A DNA stretch of 64,000 bases from a virus, in the IMG/VR virus record IMGVR_UViG_3300017782_004332, positions 1 to 64,000 of that record; one strand, given 5' to 3'. The notes beneath the pieces were generated by a model. The model had not been told where the DNA came from, did no database searches, and saw nothing but the letters and a program-made list of their open reading frames with translations. How positions within the stretch are numbered: the stretch's first letter is position 1; each line of letters begins with the position of its first letter. Position numbers and translations under genes: made by a program. Shown here piece after piece: positions 9,028 to 18,198 of the stretch.

Positions 9028-9723
9028 ATGAACAAACTTGCCCCACCACCTTATGTGGAAAAATATGATTACCATAAAGTTAAACAAATTAACTTAGATG
9101 GAAAAAGACTTTACGAAGCACCCGATGGTACTAAAACACCAAGCGTTACAACTATCCTAGGTAAAACGAAGGATATGACGCATTTAAACGCATGGAAAAA
9201 GCGTGTTGGTGAAGCAAACGCACAGCGTATTGTAACCGAAGCCTCTGGTGTTGGTACAGCAATGCACAATAACTTAGAACGATTCCTTATAGGCGAAGAA
9301 CGTAAGCCAGGTAATAACCATGTACATGTTCAAGCAAACAAAATGGCAGATGAAATTATTAACAATGCACTTGTTGATGTAGACGAAATATGGGGAATTG
9401 AACAAGCATTATATTATCCTGAACTGTATTCAGGCACATGCGATGTTGTAGGACAATACAAAGGTCAACCGTGCATTATGGACTTTAAGCAAACTAATAA
9501 GCCTAAGAAAAAAGAATGGGTTGATGATTACTATATGCAGTTAGCCGCATATGCTATGGCTCACAATGCTGTATACGGCACAGACATTAAAGAAGGACAT
9601 ATTTTTATGTGTTCTAGAGAATTACAATATCAGCAATTTGATCTAGTACCTGAAGAATTTGAGCATTGGAGTAACGAATGGTTAAAACGAGTCGAGGACT
9701 ACTACACGAATTATCATAAATAG
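9028..9723 (+). CDS. PD-(D/E)XK exonuclease (Cas4-like/Exo V-like phage exonuclease)
   Basis: PSVTTIL, GTAMH, GTCD, IMDFKQ, YYMQLAAY. Confidence 0.85.
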   Translation: MNKLAPPPYVEKYDYHKVKQINLDGKRLYEAPDGTKTPSVTTILGKTKDMTHLNAWKKRVGEANAQRIVTEASGVGTAMHNNLERFLIGEERKPGNNHVHVQANKMADEIINNALVDVDEIWGIEQALYYPELYSGTCDVVGQYKGQPCIMDFKQTNKPKKKEWVDDYYMQLAAYAMAHNAVYGTDIKEGHIFMCSRELQYQQFDLVPEEFEHWSNEWLKRVEDYYTNYHK

Positions 9724-9741
9724 TATTGAGGAACAAATATT

Positions 9742-11397
9742 ATGGCAGTAGTACAAATATCAAAAATTCAACATCGCAGAGGCCGAGAAGGTTCGTCAAG
9801 TATACCTCAGTTAGCCAGTGCTGAACTTGGATGGGCGATAGATACACAAAAACTTTACATTGGTAATGGAGCAGTAAGTGAAGGTGCTCCAGCAGTAGGT
9901 AATACAGAAATTTTAACTTCTAAGAGTAACATTTTTAATTTACTTGGACAGTATGCATATAATGGTACTACAGAAGCAGTAAAACAAACAGGCGAATTTG
10001 TAAACAGTCCTGTTACACGAACATTACAACAAAGATTAGACGATATTGTTAGTATCAGAAGTTTTGGTGCTAAAGGTGATGGAATTACAGATGATTCTAA
10101 ATCTATTCAACGTGCTATTGACGAACTGTTTATTAATAGTTCAGATAAAACAGATCCTAGAAGTAGAGTTGCATTAAAGATTGATGCAGGAAAATATAAA
10201 ATAACAACAACAATTTATATTCCTCCTTATGCAAATATTATAGGTGATGGTAAAAATAAAACAATTTTAGAATTACATTTAGATCCAGCAGAAGGTGTTC
10301 ACACAGCAAAAAGTATTTTTGAAACTGTTGACAGCAGAAGTACACCAGGATCATATATTAAGTTTGAAAATATTCAAAATGCTACACGACCAAGAAATAT
10401 TAATATTGAAGGTATTTCATTAACTGAAGCAAGTAACATTACTCCACATGCTCCTTTAGTAAGATTAGATAACACTACTGATACAATTATTAGTGATTGT
10501 TTATTCCAGGGGTTATGGAAAAGAGATACAGGATTTGATGTTTCACAAATTGGAATTGATCTACGTGGAGTTGGTGCATTAACTACTGAAAATGTTTTTA
10601 TTGCTAATTGTACATTTAGAGATTTAAGCATTGCTATTAATAGTATCCATGATACACGTACTGTTACACTTGCAGACAATATCTTTGACTTTTTACATGT
10701 AGGTATTGACTTAGGTAGATCCAGTAGTGGATCAGGTGGTCAAAGTTTAGGTCCACAAAACTATATTATTAAAAATAATAAATTTGATAGAATTAATGAT
10801 TTTGGTATTGCAGTTCATAAACCTGTTGCAACGATGAGCCCGGTAGGACATTTGTCAACTGGTAACATTTTCTTAGATGTTGGTAACAATATGAATGGAC
10901 AAGATAATCCACAAACAAGTGTTATTAAATTTGAAGAAACATTGTGTGATTCTGTTGCTGATACTTTTGAAAGAGATGCAATTATCAATCAAACTGCAAA
11001 TATTGAAGCACCATATAAACCTACAGTTGATGGTTTTCATTATACTAAAAGTAGAATAAATGAATATTCTATGGCAGAGTCTGATGCATTTAAAACTTTT
11101 ACAAAGATACCATTTACAGATAAAAAAATTGCTTACATGGACTACAAACTAGTTAAAACATCTGGCAGTGCTACAACACGAGCAGGCAGATTAACTATTA
11201 CAGTCCAAGATACTACAAACATTAATGTTACTGATTCATATAGCCATACAGGTGCTAGTGACGGTAACGTTGAATTTGGTGCAATACTTGATAACTTAGA
11301 TAGTACAGTAGGTAGTGAAACTGTTAAAGTTCAGTTTAAAAACTTAATCGGTAATGGTGCAGGAACATTAACATACGCTCTTAGTTATTTTGCGTAA
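9742..11397 (+). CDS. Virion/baseplate protein with pectate-lyase-like beta-helix
   Basis: QHRRG..ELGWAIDTQKLYIG N-terminus; FGAKGDGITDD beta-helix start. Confidence 0.7.
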   Translation: MAVVQISKIQHRRGREGSSSIPQLASAELGWAIDTQKLYIGNGAVSEGAPAVGNTEILTSKSNIFNLLGQYAYNGTTEAVKQTGEFVNSPVTRTLQQRLDDIVSIRSFGAKGDGITDDSKSIQRAIDELFINSSDKTDPRSRVALKIDAGKYKITTTIYIPPYANIIGDGKNKTILELHLDPAEGVHTAKSIFETVDSRSTPGSYIKFENIQNATRPRNINIEGISLTEASNITPHAPLVRLDNTTDTIISDCLFQGLWKRDTGFDVSQIGIDLRGVGALTTENVFIANCTFRDLSIAINSIHDTRTVTLADNIFDFLHVGIDLGRSSSGSGGQSLGPQNYIIKNNKFDRINDFGIAVHKPVATMSPVGHLSTGNIFLDVGNNMNGQDNPQTSVIKFEETLCDSVADTFERDAIINQTANIEAPYKPTVDGFHYTKSRINEYSMAESDAFKTFTKIPFTDKKIAYMDYKLVKTSGSATTRAGRLTITVQDTTNINVTDSYSHTGASDGNVEFGAILDNLDSTVGSETVKVQFKNLIGNGAGTLTYALSYFA

Positions 11398-11399
11398 TA

Positions 11400-11816
11400 A
11401 TGTTTTTAGACACAACTACCGAACAACGTATTACTCATTGGCGTGAGTTCCGAGAAAATTTAACACAGTCAACTACTCCTTTACAGGATATTGTTGACCT
11501 ATGGAAAACTGCGCCAGTTACAGAACGAAACTTAGATCCTTGGAGTTCTCAACGGTGGCCAACGCCATGGGAACTATTAGAAGAAAACCGGTTTTGTCCC
11601 GTAGCAATACCCCTAATGATGGGTTGGACGGCCAAGTTAAGTACAAGGTTATCCACAAGCGATGTTTTGATAAAATTATATATAGACCATACTGAACAAA
11701 GATACTATAATGTGTGTATGGTTGATAATAACTTATTAAACTATAAACAAGAAGTAGTAAAAATTGAAGACCTACAAGGTACAATGCATTGCCAGTATTC
11801 AACTGATCTTGCATAG
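11400..11816 (+). CDS. Hypothetical protein
   Basis: WPTPWELL motif; operon context. Confidence 0.65.
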   Translation: MFLDTTTEQRITHWREFRENLTQSTTPLQDIVDLWKTAPVTERNLDPWSSQRWPTPWELLEENRFCPVAIPLMMGWTAKLSTRLSTSDVLIKLYIDHTEQRYYNVCMVDNNLLNYKQEVVKIEDLQGTMHCQYSTDLA

Positions 11817-11877
11817 TGATTGTAAATAGTACAAAGAAGAACGAGAATAGAGAAAGAATTTATTGGCAGGAGAAAAC

Positions 11878-14235
11878 ATGAACAAACCCATTATTATCAC
11901 TAAAAGAAACGGCAAAGGCGAAAAATTAAATCTTGATAAGATTCACTTTGTTGTAGAGGAGGCGTGTAAAGATTTAACAGGTGTAAGTGCTTCACAGATC
12001 GAGATGAATGCAGACTTACAATTTGTTGACGGCATGACTACCGAAGACATTCAAAACGTATTAATTAGAAGTGCAAACGATTTAATTAGTTTAGAAAATA
12101 CTAATTATCAATATGCCGCGGCTAGACTACTACTGTATGATCTTCATAAAAAAGTTTATAACCGTTATGAACATAATAGTTTAACTACTATTATTAATAG
12201 AAATATTGAGAGAGGTGTATATGATCCTGCCATAAAAGAAAAATATACACAATCAGAATTAAAGAAACTTAATACTTTTATTAAACATGATCGTAATGAA
12301 GATTTCACTTATGCTGGATTACGTCAAGTAGTAGATAAGTACTTGTGTCAGGATAGAAGTACTGGAGACATTTATGAGACTCCGCAATTTATGTATATGA
12401 TGATTGCGGCAACTTTATTTGCAGACTATCCTAAAGAAACACGTTTAACTTATGTAAAGAAATATTATGACGCGACCTCCCTTTTTAAAATCAACATACC
12501 TACCCCTGTCATGGCTGGAGTTAGGACTCCTATTCGTCAGTTTGCCAGTTGCGTTCTTGTTGATGTGGATGATACTCTTAGTTCTATTTTTAGTAGCAAT
12601 AGTGCGATCGGTTACTACATTGCTCAAAGGGCAGGTATTGGTATCAACTCAGGACGAGTACGAGCAATTAATTCAAAAATCAGAGGTGGAGAAGTAGCAC
12701 ACACAGGTGTGATTCCTTTCCTTAAAGTTTACGAAAGTACAGTACGCAGTTGTACACAAAATGGTGTACGTGGCGGAAGTGCTACTACGCATTTCCCTTT
12801 ATGGCATTATGAAATCGAAGACGTCCTTGTACTAAAGAACAACAAAGGTACAGACGATAACAGAGTACGTAAGTTAGATTATTCAATTCAACTTAACAAA
12901 ACTATGTACGAAAGGCTGTTATCTAATAAAGACATAACTCTTTTCTCGCCACATGATGTTCCAGATTTGTATGAAGCATTTTACGCTGATCAAGATAAGT
13001 TTGCTCAACTATATGCAAAATATGAAAAGGATACATCTATCCGTAAGAAAACTTTAAAAGCAATGGATCTATTTTCTGCGTTACTTAAAGAACGAGCAGA
13101 AACCGGACGTATCTATATTATGAATGTGGATCACTGTAATACACACTCTTCCTTTAAGGATACTGTGTATATGAGTAATCTGTGTCAGGAAATTACATTA
13201 CCAACAAAACCTGTACAGCACATTGATGATGAAAATGGTGAAATTGCTCTTTGTATTCTTTCAGCAATCAATGTTGGTTTAATTAATCACCTAGAAGAAT
13301 TAGAACCGTTATGTGATCTTGCTGTCAGAGCATTAGAAGAAATAATTGATTATCAAGGTTATCCTGTTAAGGCGGCCGAGATTTCAACTAAGGCTAGACG
13401 ATCTCTTGGTGTTGGTTATATTGGACTTGCACATTACCTTGCTAAACATAAGGTTAAATACAGCGACAAAGAAGCATGGAAACTTGTACACGATCTTACT
13501 GAAGCGTTCCAGTACTTCTTATTAAAGTCATCGAACGAATTAGCAAAAGAGAAAGGTCCATGCGAATACTTCCATCGTACAAAATATAGTGACGGTATAT
13601 TACCGATTGACACATATAAAAAAGATATTGATGCGATTGTATCCGTTAAAAAATACAAATATGATTGGGAGAATCTTAGATCATCTATTACCACACACGG
13701 CCTACGGCACTCAACATTGTCCGCACAGATGCCATCAGAAAGCAGTTCCGTTGTGTCAAACGCAACAAACGGTATTGAACCACCTAGAGCATACTTGTCC
13801 GTTAAGAAAAGTAAAAAAGGGCCTCTTAAACAAGTTGTTCCGCAGTATGGTCAACTAAAGAACTTTTATACCCTATTATGGGACATGAAAGGCAACGAAG
13901 GTTATATAAATATCGTGGCTGTAATGCAAAAGTTTTTCGACCAGGCCATTAGTGGAAACTGGAGTTACAATCCATTGCAGTATGAAAACAATGAAGTTCC
14001 TATGAGTGTAATGATGAAGGACTTACTTACTACCTATAAGATGGGTTGGAAAACAAGTTACTATCAAAACACTTATGACTTTAAAGGTGACGATGATAAA
14101 GAAACATCTTTGGAACAAACAAAAGTTGACAATGATGTAAATGGTGTTACAATAACAAGTACAAATGGACACACCAACGGTGAAAGCCAAACAGAAACAG
14201 TAGATGACGAGCATTGCGACGCATGTGCAATTTAG
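11878..14235 (+). CDS. nrdA: Ribonucleotide reductase class Ia alpha subunit with ATP cone
   Basis: ATP cone, PTPVM, QFASC, SNLCQEI, C-terminal CDACAI; RBS favours ATG 11878. Confidence 0.97.
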   Translation: MNKPIIITKRNGKGEKLNLDKIHFVVEEACKDLTGVSASQIEMNADLQFVDGMTTEDIQNVLIRSANDLISLENTNYQYAAARLLLYDLHKKVYNRYEHNSLTTIINRNIERGVYDPAIKEKYTQSELKKLNTFIKHDRNEDFTYAGLRQVVDKYLCQDRSTGDIYETPQFMYMMIAATLFADYPKETRLTYVKKYYDATSLFKINIPTPVMAGVRTPIRQFASCVLVDVDDTLSSIFSSNSAIGYYIAQRAGIGINSGRVRAINSKIRGGEVAHTGVIPFLKVYESTVRSCTQNGVRGGSATTHFPLWHYEIEDVLVLKNNKGTDDNRVRKLDYSIQLNKTMYERLLSNKDITLFSPHDVPDLYEAFYADQDKFAQLYAKYEKDTSIRKKTLKAMDLFSALLKERAETGRIYIMNVDHCNTHSSFKDTVYMSNLCQEITLPTKPVQHIDDENGEIALCILSAINVGLINHLEELEPLCDLAVRALEEIIDYQGYPVKAAEISTKARRSLGVGYIGLAHYLAKHKVKYSDKEAWKLVHDLTEAFQYFLLKSSNELAKEKGPCEYFHRTKYSDGILPIDTYKKDIDAIVSVKKYKYDWENLRSSITTHGLRHSTLSAQMPSESSSVVSNATNGIEPPRAYLSVKKSKKGPLKQVVPQYGQLKNFYTLLWDMKGNEGYINIVAVMQKFFDQAISGNWSYNPLQYENNEVPMSVMMKDLLTTYKMGWKTSYYQNTYDFKGDDDKETSLEQTKVDNDVNGVTITSTNGHTNGESQTETVDDEHCDACAI

Positions 14236-14244
14236 GGGTAGTAA

Positions 14245-15375
14245 ATGAGCAAGAAGGACACACAGAAAAGAATGGTAAAGACAGTATTCAATCGTGAAAA
14301 GGTTGACTTCACAAAGGAACATATGTTTTTTGGAGCAGACCAAAACACACAACGTTATGACGTATTCAAGTATCCAGAATATGACAAACTTAATCAAACA
14401 ATGCTTGGTTATTTTTGGAGACCTGAAGAAGTTAGTTTGCAAAAGGACAGAGGCGACTATGCTGAATTTCGTCCAGAGCAAAAACATATCTTTACAAGTA
14501 ATTTAAAATATCAAACACTGCTCGACAGTGTACAAGGACGTGGTCCTTGTTTAGCATTCTTGCCATACTGTTCTAATCCAGAATTAGAAAGTTGTATTGT
14601 AGCATGGGATTTCTTTGAAACTATTCACAGTCGTTCATATACACACATTGTAAAAAATGTATATGCAAATCCAAGTGAAGTGTTTGACACTATCTTAGAT
14701 GATGAAAAAATTATTGAACGTGCTGAAAGTGTAACAAAAGAATACGATGCATTTAATGAAATTGCAAATCAATATTTTCAACATGGTAAAGGAACACTTT
14801 ACGAAGTTAAAAAATCTTTGTACAAAGCAATGATGACTGTAAACATCTTAGAAGGTTTACGTTTTTATGTTTCATTTGCATGTACATTTGCATTTGGTGA
14901 ATTGAAACTCATGGAAGGATCAGCAAAGATTATTTCGTTGATTGCCCGTGATGAAGCAACACACCTTAACCTATCAACACATATCCTAAAGCATTGGGCA
15001 AAAGGAGACGATGATCCAGACTTTGTAAAAATTGCAAAAGAGTGTGAGGACGAGATCTACGACATGTGGCGTCAATGTGTTGAAGAAGAAAAAAATTGGG
15101 CAGACTACTTGTTTAAAGACGGCAGTATGATCGGACTCAATGCTAATCTACTACATGCTTATGTTGAGTTTATTGCAAACAAAAGACTAAAAGCATTAGG
15201 ATTAAAAACTATTTACGATCGTCCACTAAATCAAAACCCTCTACCATGGACACAACACTGGTTATCTAGTGCTGGACTTCAAGTTGCTCCACAAGAAACT
15301 GAAGTTGAAAGTTATATCGTTGGTGGATTAAAACAAGACATTGAAGAAGATACTTTTAAAGGATTTGAACTATGA
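14245..15375 (+). CDS. nrdB: Ribonucleotide reductase class Ia beta subunit
   Basis: FWRPEE, ETIHSRSY, EGLRFY, RDEATH, APQETE. Confidence 0.97.
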   Translation: MSKKDTQKRMVKTVFNREKVDFTKEHMFFGADQNTQRYDVFKYPEYDKLNQTMLGYFWRPEEVSLQKDRGDYAEFRPEQKHIFTSNLKYQTLLDSVQGRGPCLAFLPYCSNPELESCIVAWDFFETIHSRSYTHIVKNVYANPSEVFDTILDDEKIIERAESVTKEYDAFNEIANQYFQHGKGTLYEVKKSLYKAMMTVNILEGLRFYVSFACTFAFGELKLMEGSAKIISLIARDEATHLNLSTHILKHWAKGDDDPDFVKIAKECEDEIYDMWRQCVEEEKNWADYLFKDGSMIGLNANLLHAYVEFIANKRLKALGLKTIYDRPLNQNPLPWTQHWLSSAGLQVAPQETEVESYIVGGLKQDIEEDTFKGFEL

Positions 15376-15623
15376 TTACTATATACGGAAAACCACAGTG
15401 TCCATTTTGCGACAAAGCAAAAAATCTTTGTGAACAAAGAGGATACAAATATGAATACAAAACATTAGGCAAAGATTATCAAATAGAGGAATTGCTTGAA
15501 ACTTTTCCTGGTGCTAAAACAGTACCACAAATTATTATTAACAGCCAGAAAGTTGGGGGATTTAACGATTTCGAAAATTATCTTGAAGACACAGGCTATA
15601 ACGGAACAGGACACGGACAATAA
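15372..15623 (+). CDS. grx: Glutaredoxin
   Basis: CPFC, TVPQI, GGF. Confidence 0.92.
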   Translation: MITIYGKPQCPFCDKAKNLCEQRGYKYEYKTLGKDYQIEELLETFPGAKTVPQIIINSQKVGGFNDFENYLEDTGYNGTGHGQ

Positions 15624-15934
15624 TGTTATTAGAACAACACTACAAAATTGATGATGTTATTACAATTAAACTTTCATCAGGCGAAGAACTAATAGGCAAA
15701 TTACAGGAAGAAACAGACGATTTTTTTAAAATTAGAATGCCACTCACATTAGTAGCAGGACAACAAGGATTAGGACTTCAACAGTTTTTATTCACAGGCG
15801 ATCCTGAAGGTGCAATTAAAATTAATAAAACTGCCATCACAGTAACAACTAAAACTGTAGATAACTTTGCTAAATTGTACATTGAACGTACAACAGGATT
15901 AGCAACACCTCCTGCAAATCTACAAGTAAAATAA
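15623..15934 (+). CDS. Hypothetical Sm-fold-like phage protein
   Basis: IKLSSGEELIG motif common in T4-like phages. Confidence 0.6.
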   Translation: MLLEQHYKIDDVITIKLSSGEELIGKLQEETDDFFKIRMPLTLVAGQQGLGLQQFLFTGDPEGAIKINKTAITVTTKTVDNFAKLYIERTTGLATPPANLQVK

Positions 15935-15950
15935 TCCGATAAATACTTGT

Positions 15951-16154
15951 ATGCATGAGTTTGTATTCAAGGTAAATGGTAAATTAGTTACAGTTGATTC
16001 TTGGGAGGATATCCCTACAGAATTTGACCATGTAATCAAGTTTGCTCCTACAGTCCCGGAACCACCTCATACTCAAGAACAACACGAAGAAATAGATAAG
16101 TGGAATTCTAGATTACAATCTTTAATGGAGAAAGAACGTGCCGGCAATAACTAG
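15951..16154 (+). CDS. Hypothetical protein
   Basis: TAAATA-N5-ATG; PEPPHT motif. Confidence 0.65.
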   Translation: MHEFVFKVNGKLVTVDSWEDIPTEFDHVIKFAPTVPEPPHTQEQHEEIDKWNSRLQSLMEKERAGNN

Positions 16155-16428
16155 AAAAGGTGATAAAGATGTTACTCATTGTTCTACACCAGTGCGTGAA
16201 GGACACAGTCCAGATGTATATTCTAATGGGATCCCTATTTCAAGACAAGATGATGTAAACAATAGTCATTTACTTCCAGGCGTACCTTGCCCTAGTCATA
16301 GTGCACCTATTACAACAGGATCTACAACAGTTTTTATTAACGGTAAAGGCTGTGGAAGAATAGGTGATGCTGTTACAGGATGTACTTCAGTTGCTGAAGG
16401 ATCCGGAGATTGTTTCGCAGGCGGTTAG
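16138..16428 (+). CDS. PAAR-repeat baseplate spike tip (T4 gp5.4-like)
   Basis: MPAITRKGD, GSTTVFING, RIGD; Cys/His ligands. Confidence 0.88.
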   Translation: MPAITRKGDKDVTHCSTPVREGHSPDVYSNGIPISRQDDVNNSHLLPGVPCPSHSAPITTGSTTVFINGKGCGRIGDAVTGCTSVAEGSGDCFAGG

Positions 16429-16613
16429 GCTCTGCCCCAAGGTATTGGATTACCTTTATCATCAACAACTAAATCACTAGTATCTTTATATTGAGCAACC
16501 ATTATACCTTTACCCTTACCATCTGCAATCCATCTACAAGGTTTAATTTCTCTTTCATTGTGATATCTTGCTAGGTGGTGGGTAATAATACCTCTTGCTT
16601 TTACGCCGGCCAT
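16425..16613 (-). CDS. Small hypothetical protein
   Basis: Part of a minus-strand three-gene cluster. Confidence 0.6.
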   Translation of the reverse strand: MAGVKARGIITHHLARYHNEREIKPCRWIADGKGKGIMVAQYKDTSDLVVDDKGNPIPWGRA

Positions 16614-16756
16614 TATTTTCCTTGTCCTCTATAAAACTTGTGACTACGTTTTTTAGATTTGTTCATTGATGAAAACTTGCAACGTGCTTTGGTTCCTGCC
16701 TGACTTGTTTTCTTAGGTTGTGAAACATGTCCTTCGTATGACTTATGTATTTTCAT
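16613..16756 (-). CDS. Small basic protein ending YRGQGK (47 aa, not in ORF track)
   Basis: MKIHKSYEG...KKRSHKFYRGQGK; overlaps the next start codon. Confidence 0.65.
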   Translation of the reverse strand: MKIHKSYEGHVSQPKKTSQAGTKARCKFSSMNKSKKRSHKFYRGQGK

Positions 16757-16757
16757 A

Positions 16758-17015
16758 TTACCTTCCTAACTTTGCTTTTAATGCTTTTAAGGCCGCTCTT
16801 TTCTTTTCTAGTATTGCCGCCTGTCTTACTTTTCTACCTAGTGGTAATGATTGTATTGTTTCGTATGTTCCACCTTTTTTGGCTGTCCATTCGACTCTAA
16901 CTGATTTACTTTCAGATCCACTTTGGAAAGATCGTACTGCTTTCCGGTAACTCATTTCTTCTTTTGTTACAACGTTATCACCATCATAGAAGGTGTAAGT
17001 TCTCATTTTTGCCAT
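16758..17015 (-). CDS. Small basic hypothetical protein
   Basis: AAGGAG RBS on minus strand. Confidence 0.65.
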   Translation of the reverse strand: MAKMRTYTFYDGDNVVTKEEMSYRKAVRSFQSGSESKSVRVEWTAKKGGTYETIQSLPLGRKVRQAAILEKKRAALKALKAKLGR

Positions 17016-17091
17016 AACTCTCCTTTGGTTAGTTGTTGGGCGTTTTCTTGAGCATTAGTTATCATTTTTTTTTAAAATACGCACTTTATGG

Positions 17092-17122
17092 TTGACAACA
17101 TATGTAAAAGGTGCTATAAATA
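17092..17122 (+). promoter_or_regulatory. Composite sigma70 and late promoter of the tmRNA
   Basis: TTGACA-N17-TATAAA overlapping TATAAATA. Confidence 0.7.
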
Positions 17123-17127
17123 TAAGT

Positions 17128-17585
17128 GTAATTGTTGACAGCATCGTATGTCACAAGAACAGGACCCGGGGGCGGTACCCGGCGCCTCCACCATAAACAC
17201 ATGGAGTTAAAAATGGTAGTAGATTTTAAGGAAAAATGTAGGATTTATTACATGGTAAAAGGCAATTTAGTAGGATTAAGCAAAAAGCAAATTGAAGAAT
17301 CCTACGATAGTTACTTTAAAAGACTCTGGGGAAACCATGAAGCAGTGTACAGAGAACAAGGCTTCGAAGAAAACTATCGTGTGTTTATGATGGGGGCGAA
17401 ATAGGATCGACTGGCTTGTTAAGGGTGAAAGAGATTACCGGTAAGGAACGACCGAGCGTATATGGGGAGACTCATGCTACTGTCCAAAACTATAACTGCA
17501 AACGATAATTTTGCATCTGAAGAGTTACGCCTAGCGGCTTAATTCGACGGGGTTGGCAACTTACCTGGCAACAGAAAAGTTGCGT
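17128..17585 (+). ncRNA. ssrA: Circularly permuted two-piece tmRNA (alphaproteobacterial type)
   Basis: Acceptor piece ends CGCCTCC-A-CCA at 17193. Coding piece starts GGGGGCGAAATAGGATCGAC at 17392, giving a G3:U acceptor pair. Tag ANDNFASEELRLAA* at 17498-17542; CCTGGCAACAGAA tail. Outer ends are approximate. Confidence 0.93.
17213..17404 (+). CDS. 63-aa ORF within the tmRNA intervening segment
   Basis: GGAG RBS 6 nt upstream; open through the whole intervening segment; stop lies 13 nt inside the coding piece. Confidence 0.55.
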   Translation: MVVDFKEKCRIYYMVKGNLVGLSKKQIEESYDSYFKRLWGNHEAVYREQGFEENYRVFMMGAK

Positions 17586-17610
17586 TTTACTAGACGCAAA
17601 GGAGTTTTAC

Positions 17611-18054
17611 ATGCGTACTATCTTTTTAGCAACATTCGTTGCTTTAATTACAACTACTGCTAGTGCTTCAACAACAGTAGTAACAGATCATTACAAAACT
17701 GTAATGAAACAAATTCCATACACGCAGGAAACTTGTCGACTAGTTGATGTTCCTGTATATGGGACTGTAGACTCAGAGCCTACAACAGGTGATATTCTCA
17801 CTGGCGCTATTATTGGTGGCGTTATTGGAAATAACATCAAAGGAGAAAAAAATGGCGGTGCCGCTGGTGCTGTCATTGGTGGATTGCTAGGTGCAAACAA
17901 TAAGAATAAAAAGCAAACTATTGTAGGGTATCGGCAAGAAGAACAGTGTAATACTATCACAGAGTATACACGTTCGACCGAAGAGGTATATGATTACAGT
18001 ACTGTTAGATTTACTGACGGTGGTCGCGAATATACACTGCGATTTAAGAAGTAA
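17611..18054 (+). CDS. Secreted glycine-zipper 2TM protein
   Basis: Signal peptide; GAIIGGVIG...GAVIGGLLG. Confidence 0.8.
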   Translation: MRTIFLATFVALITTTASASTTVVTDHYKTVMKQIPYTQETCRLVDVPVYGTVDSEPTTGDILTGAIIGGVIGNNIKGEKNGGAAGAVIGGLLGANNKNKKQTIVGYRQEEQCNTITEYTRSTEEVYDYSTVRFTDGGREYTLRFKK

Positions 18055-18128
18055 TAAATACCTAGTAGAAGCATACTATAAAACGCCATAGGCAATACAT
18101 ATAAAAACGAGAGAATAGTAAAAAATAC

Positions 18129-18166
18129 GATTAGGGGTGTTGGAAACGGTACCCCTAATCTTTTAT
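18129..18166 (+). terminator. Intrinsic terminator
   Basis: gattaggggt...acccctaatc-tttt. Confidence 0.7.
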
Positions 18167-18198
18167 CTACGGTAAATACAACTAGGAGAACACCATAA

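Noticed and set aside
9028-9723. Cas4-like nuclease as evidence of CRISPR-Cas
   Set aside because: No repeat-spacer array or other cas genes seen; a stand-alone exonuclease is normal in T4-like phages.
11878-15375. Introns, inteins or homing endonucleases in nrdAB
   Set aside because: Both ORFs are continuous and of normal length.
16138-16428. PAAR as part of a type VI secretion system
   Set aside because: No other T6SS genes; consistent with a myovirus spike tip.
17132-17212. N-terminal part of track ORF 17132..17404
   Set aside because: Overlaps the tmRNA acceptor piece; the plausible start is 17213 (or 17201).
16425-18054. smpB near the tmRNA
   Set aside because: No flanking ORF shows SmpB motifs.
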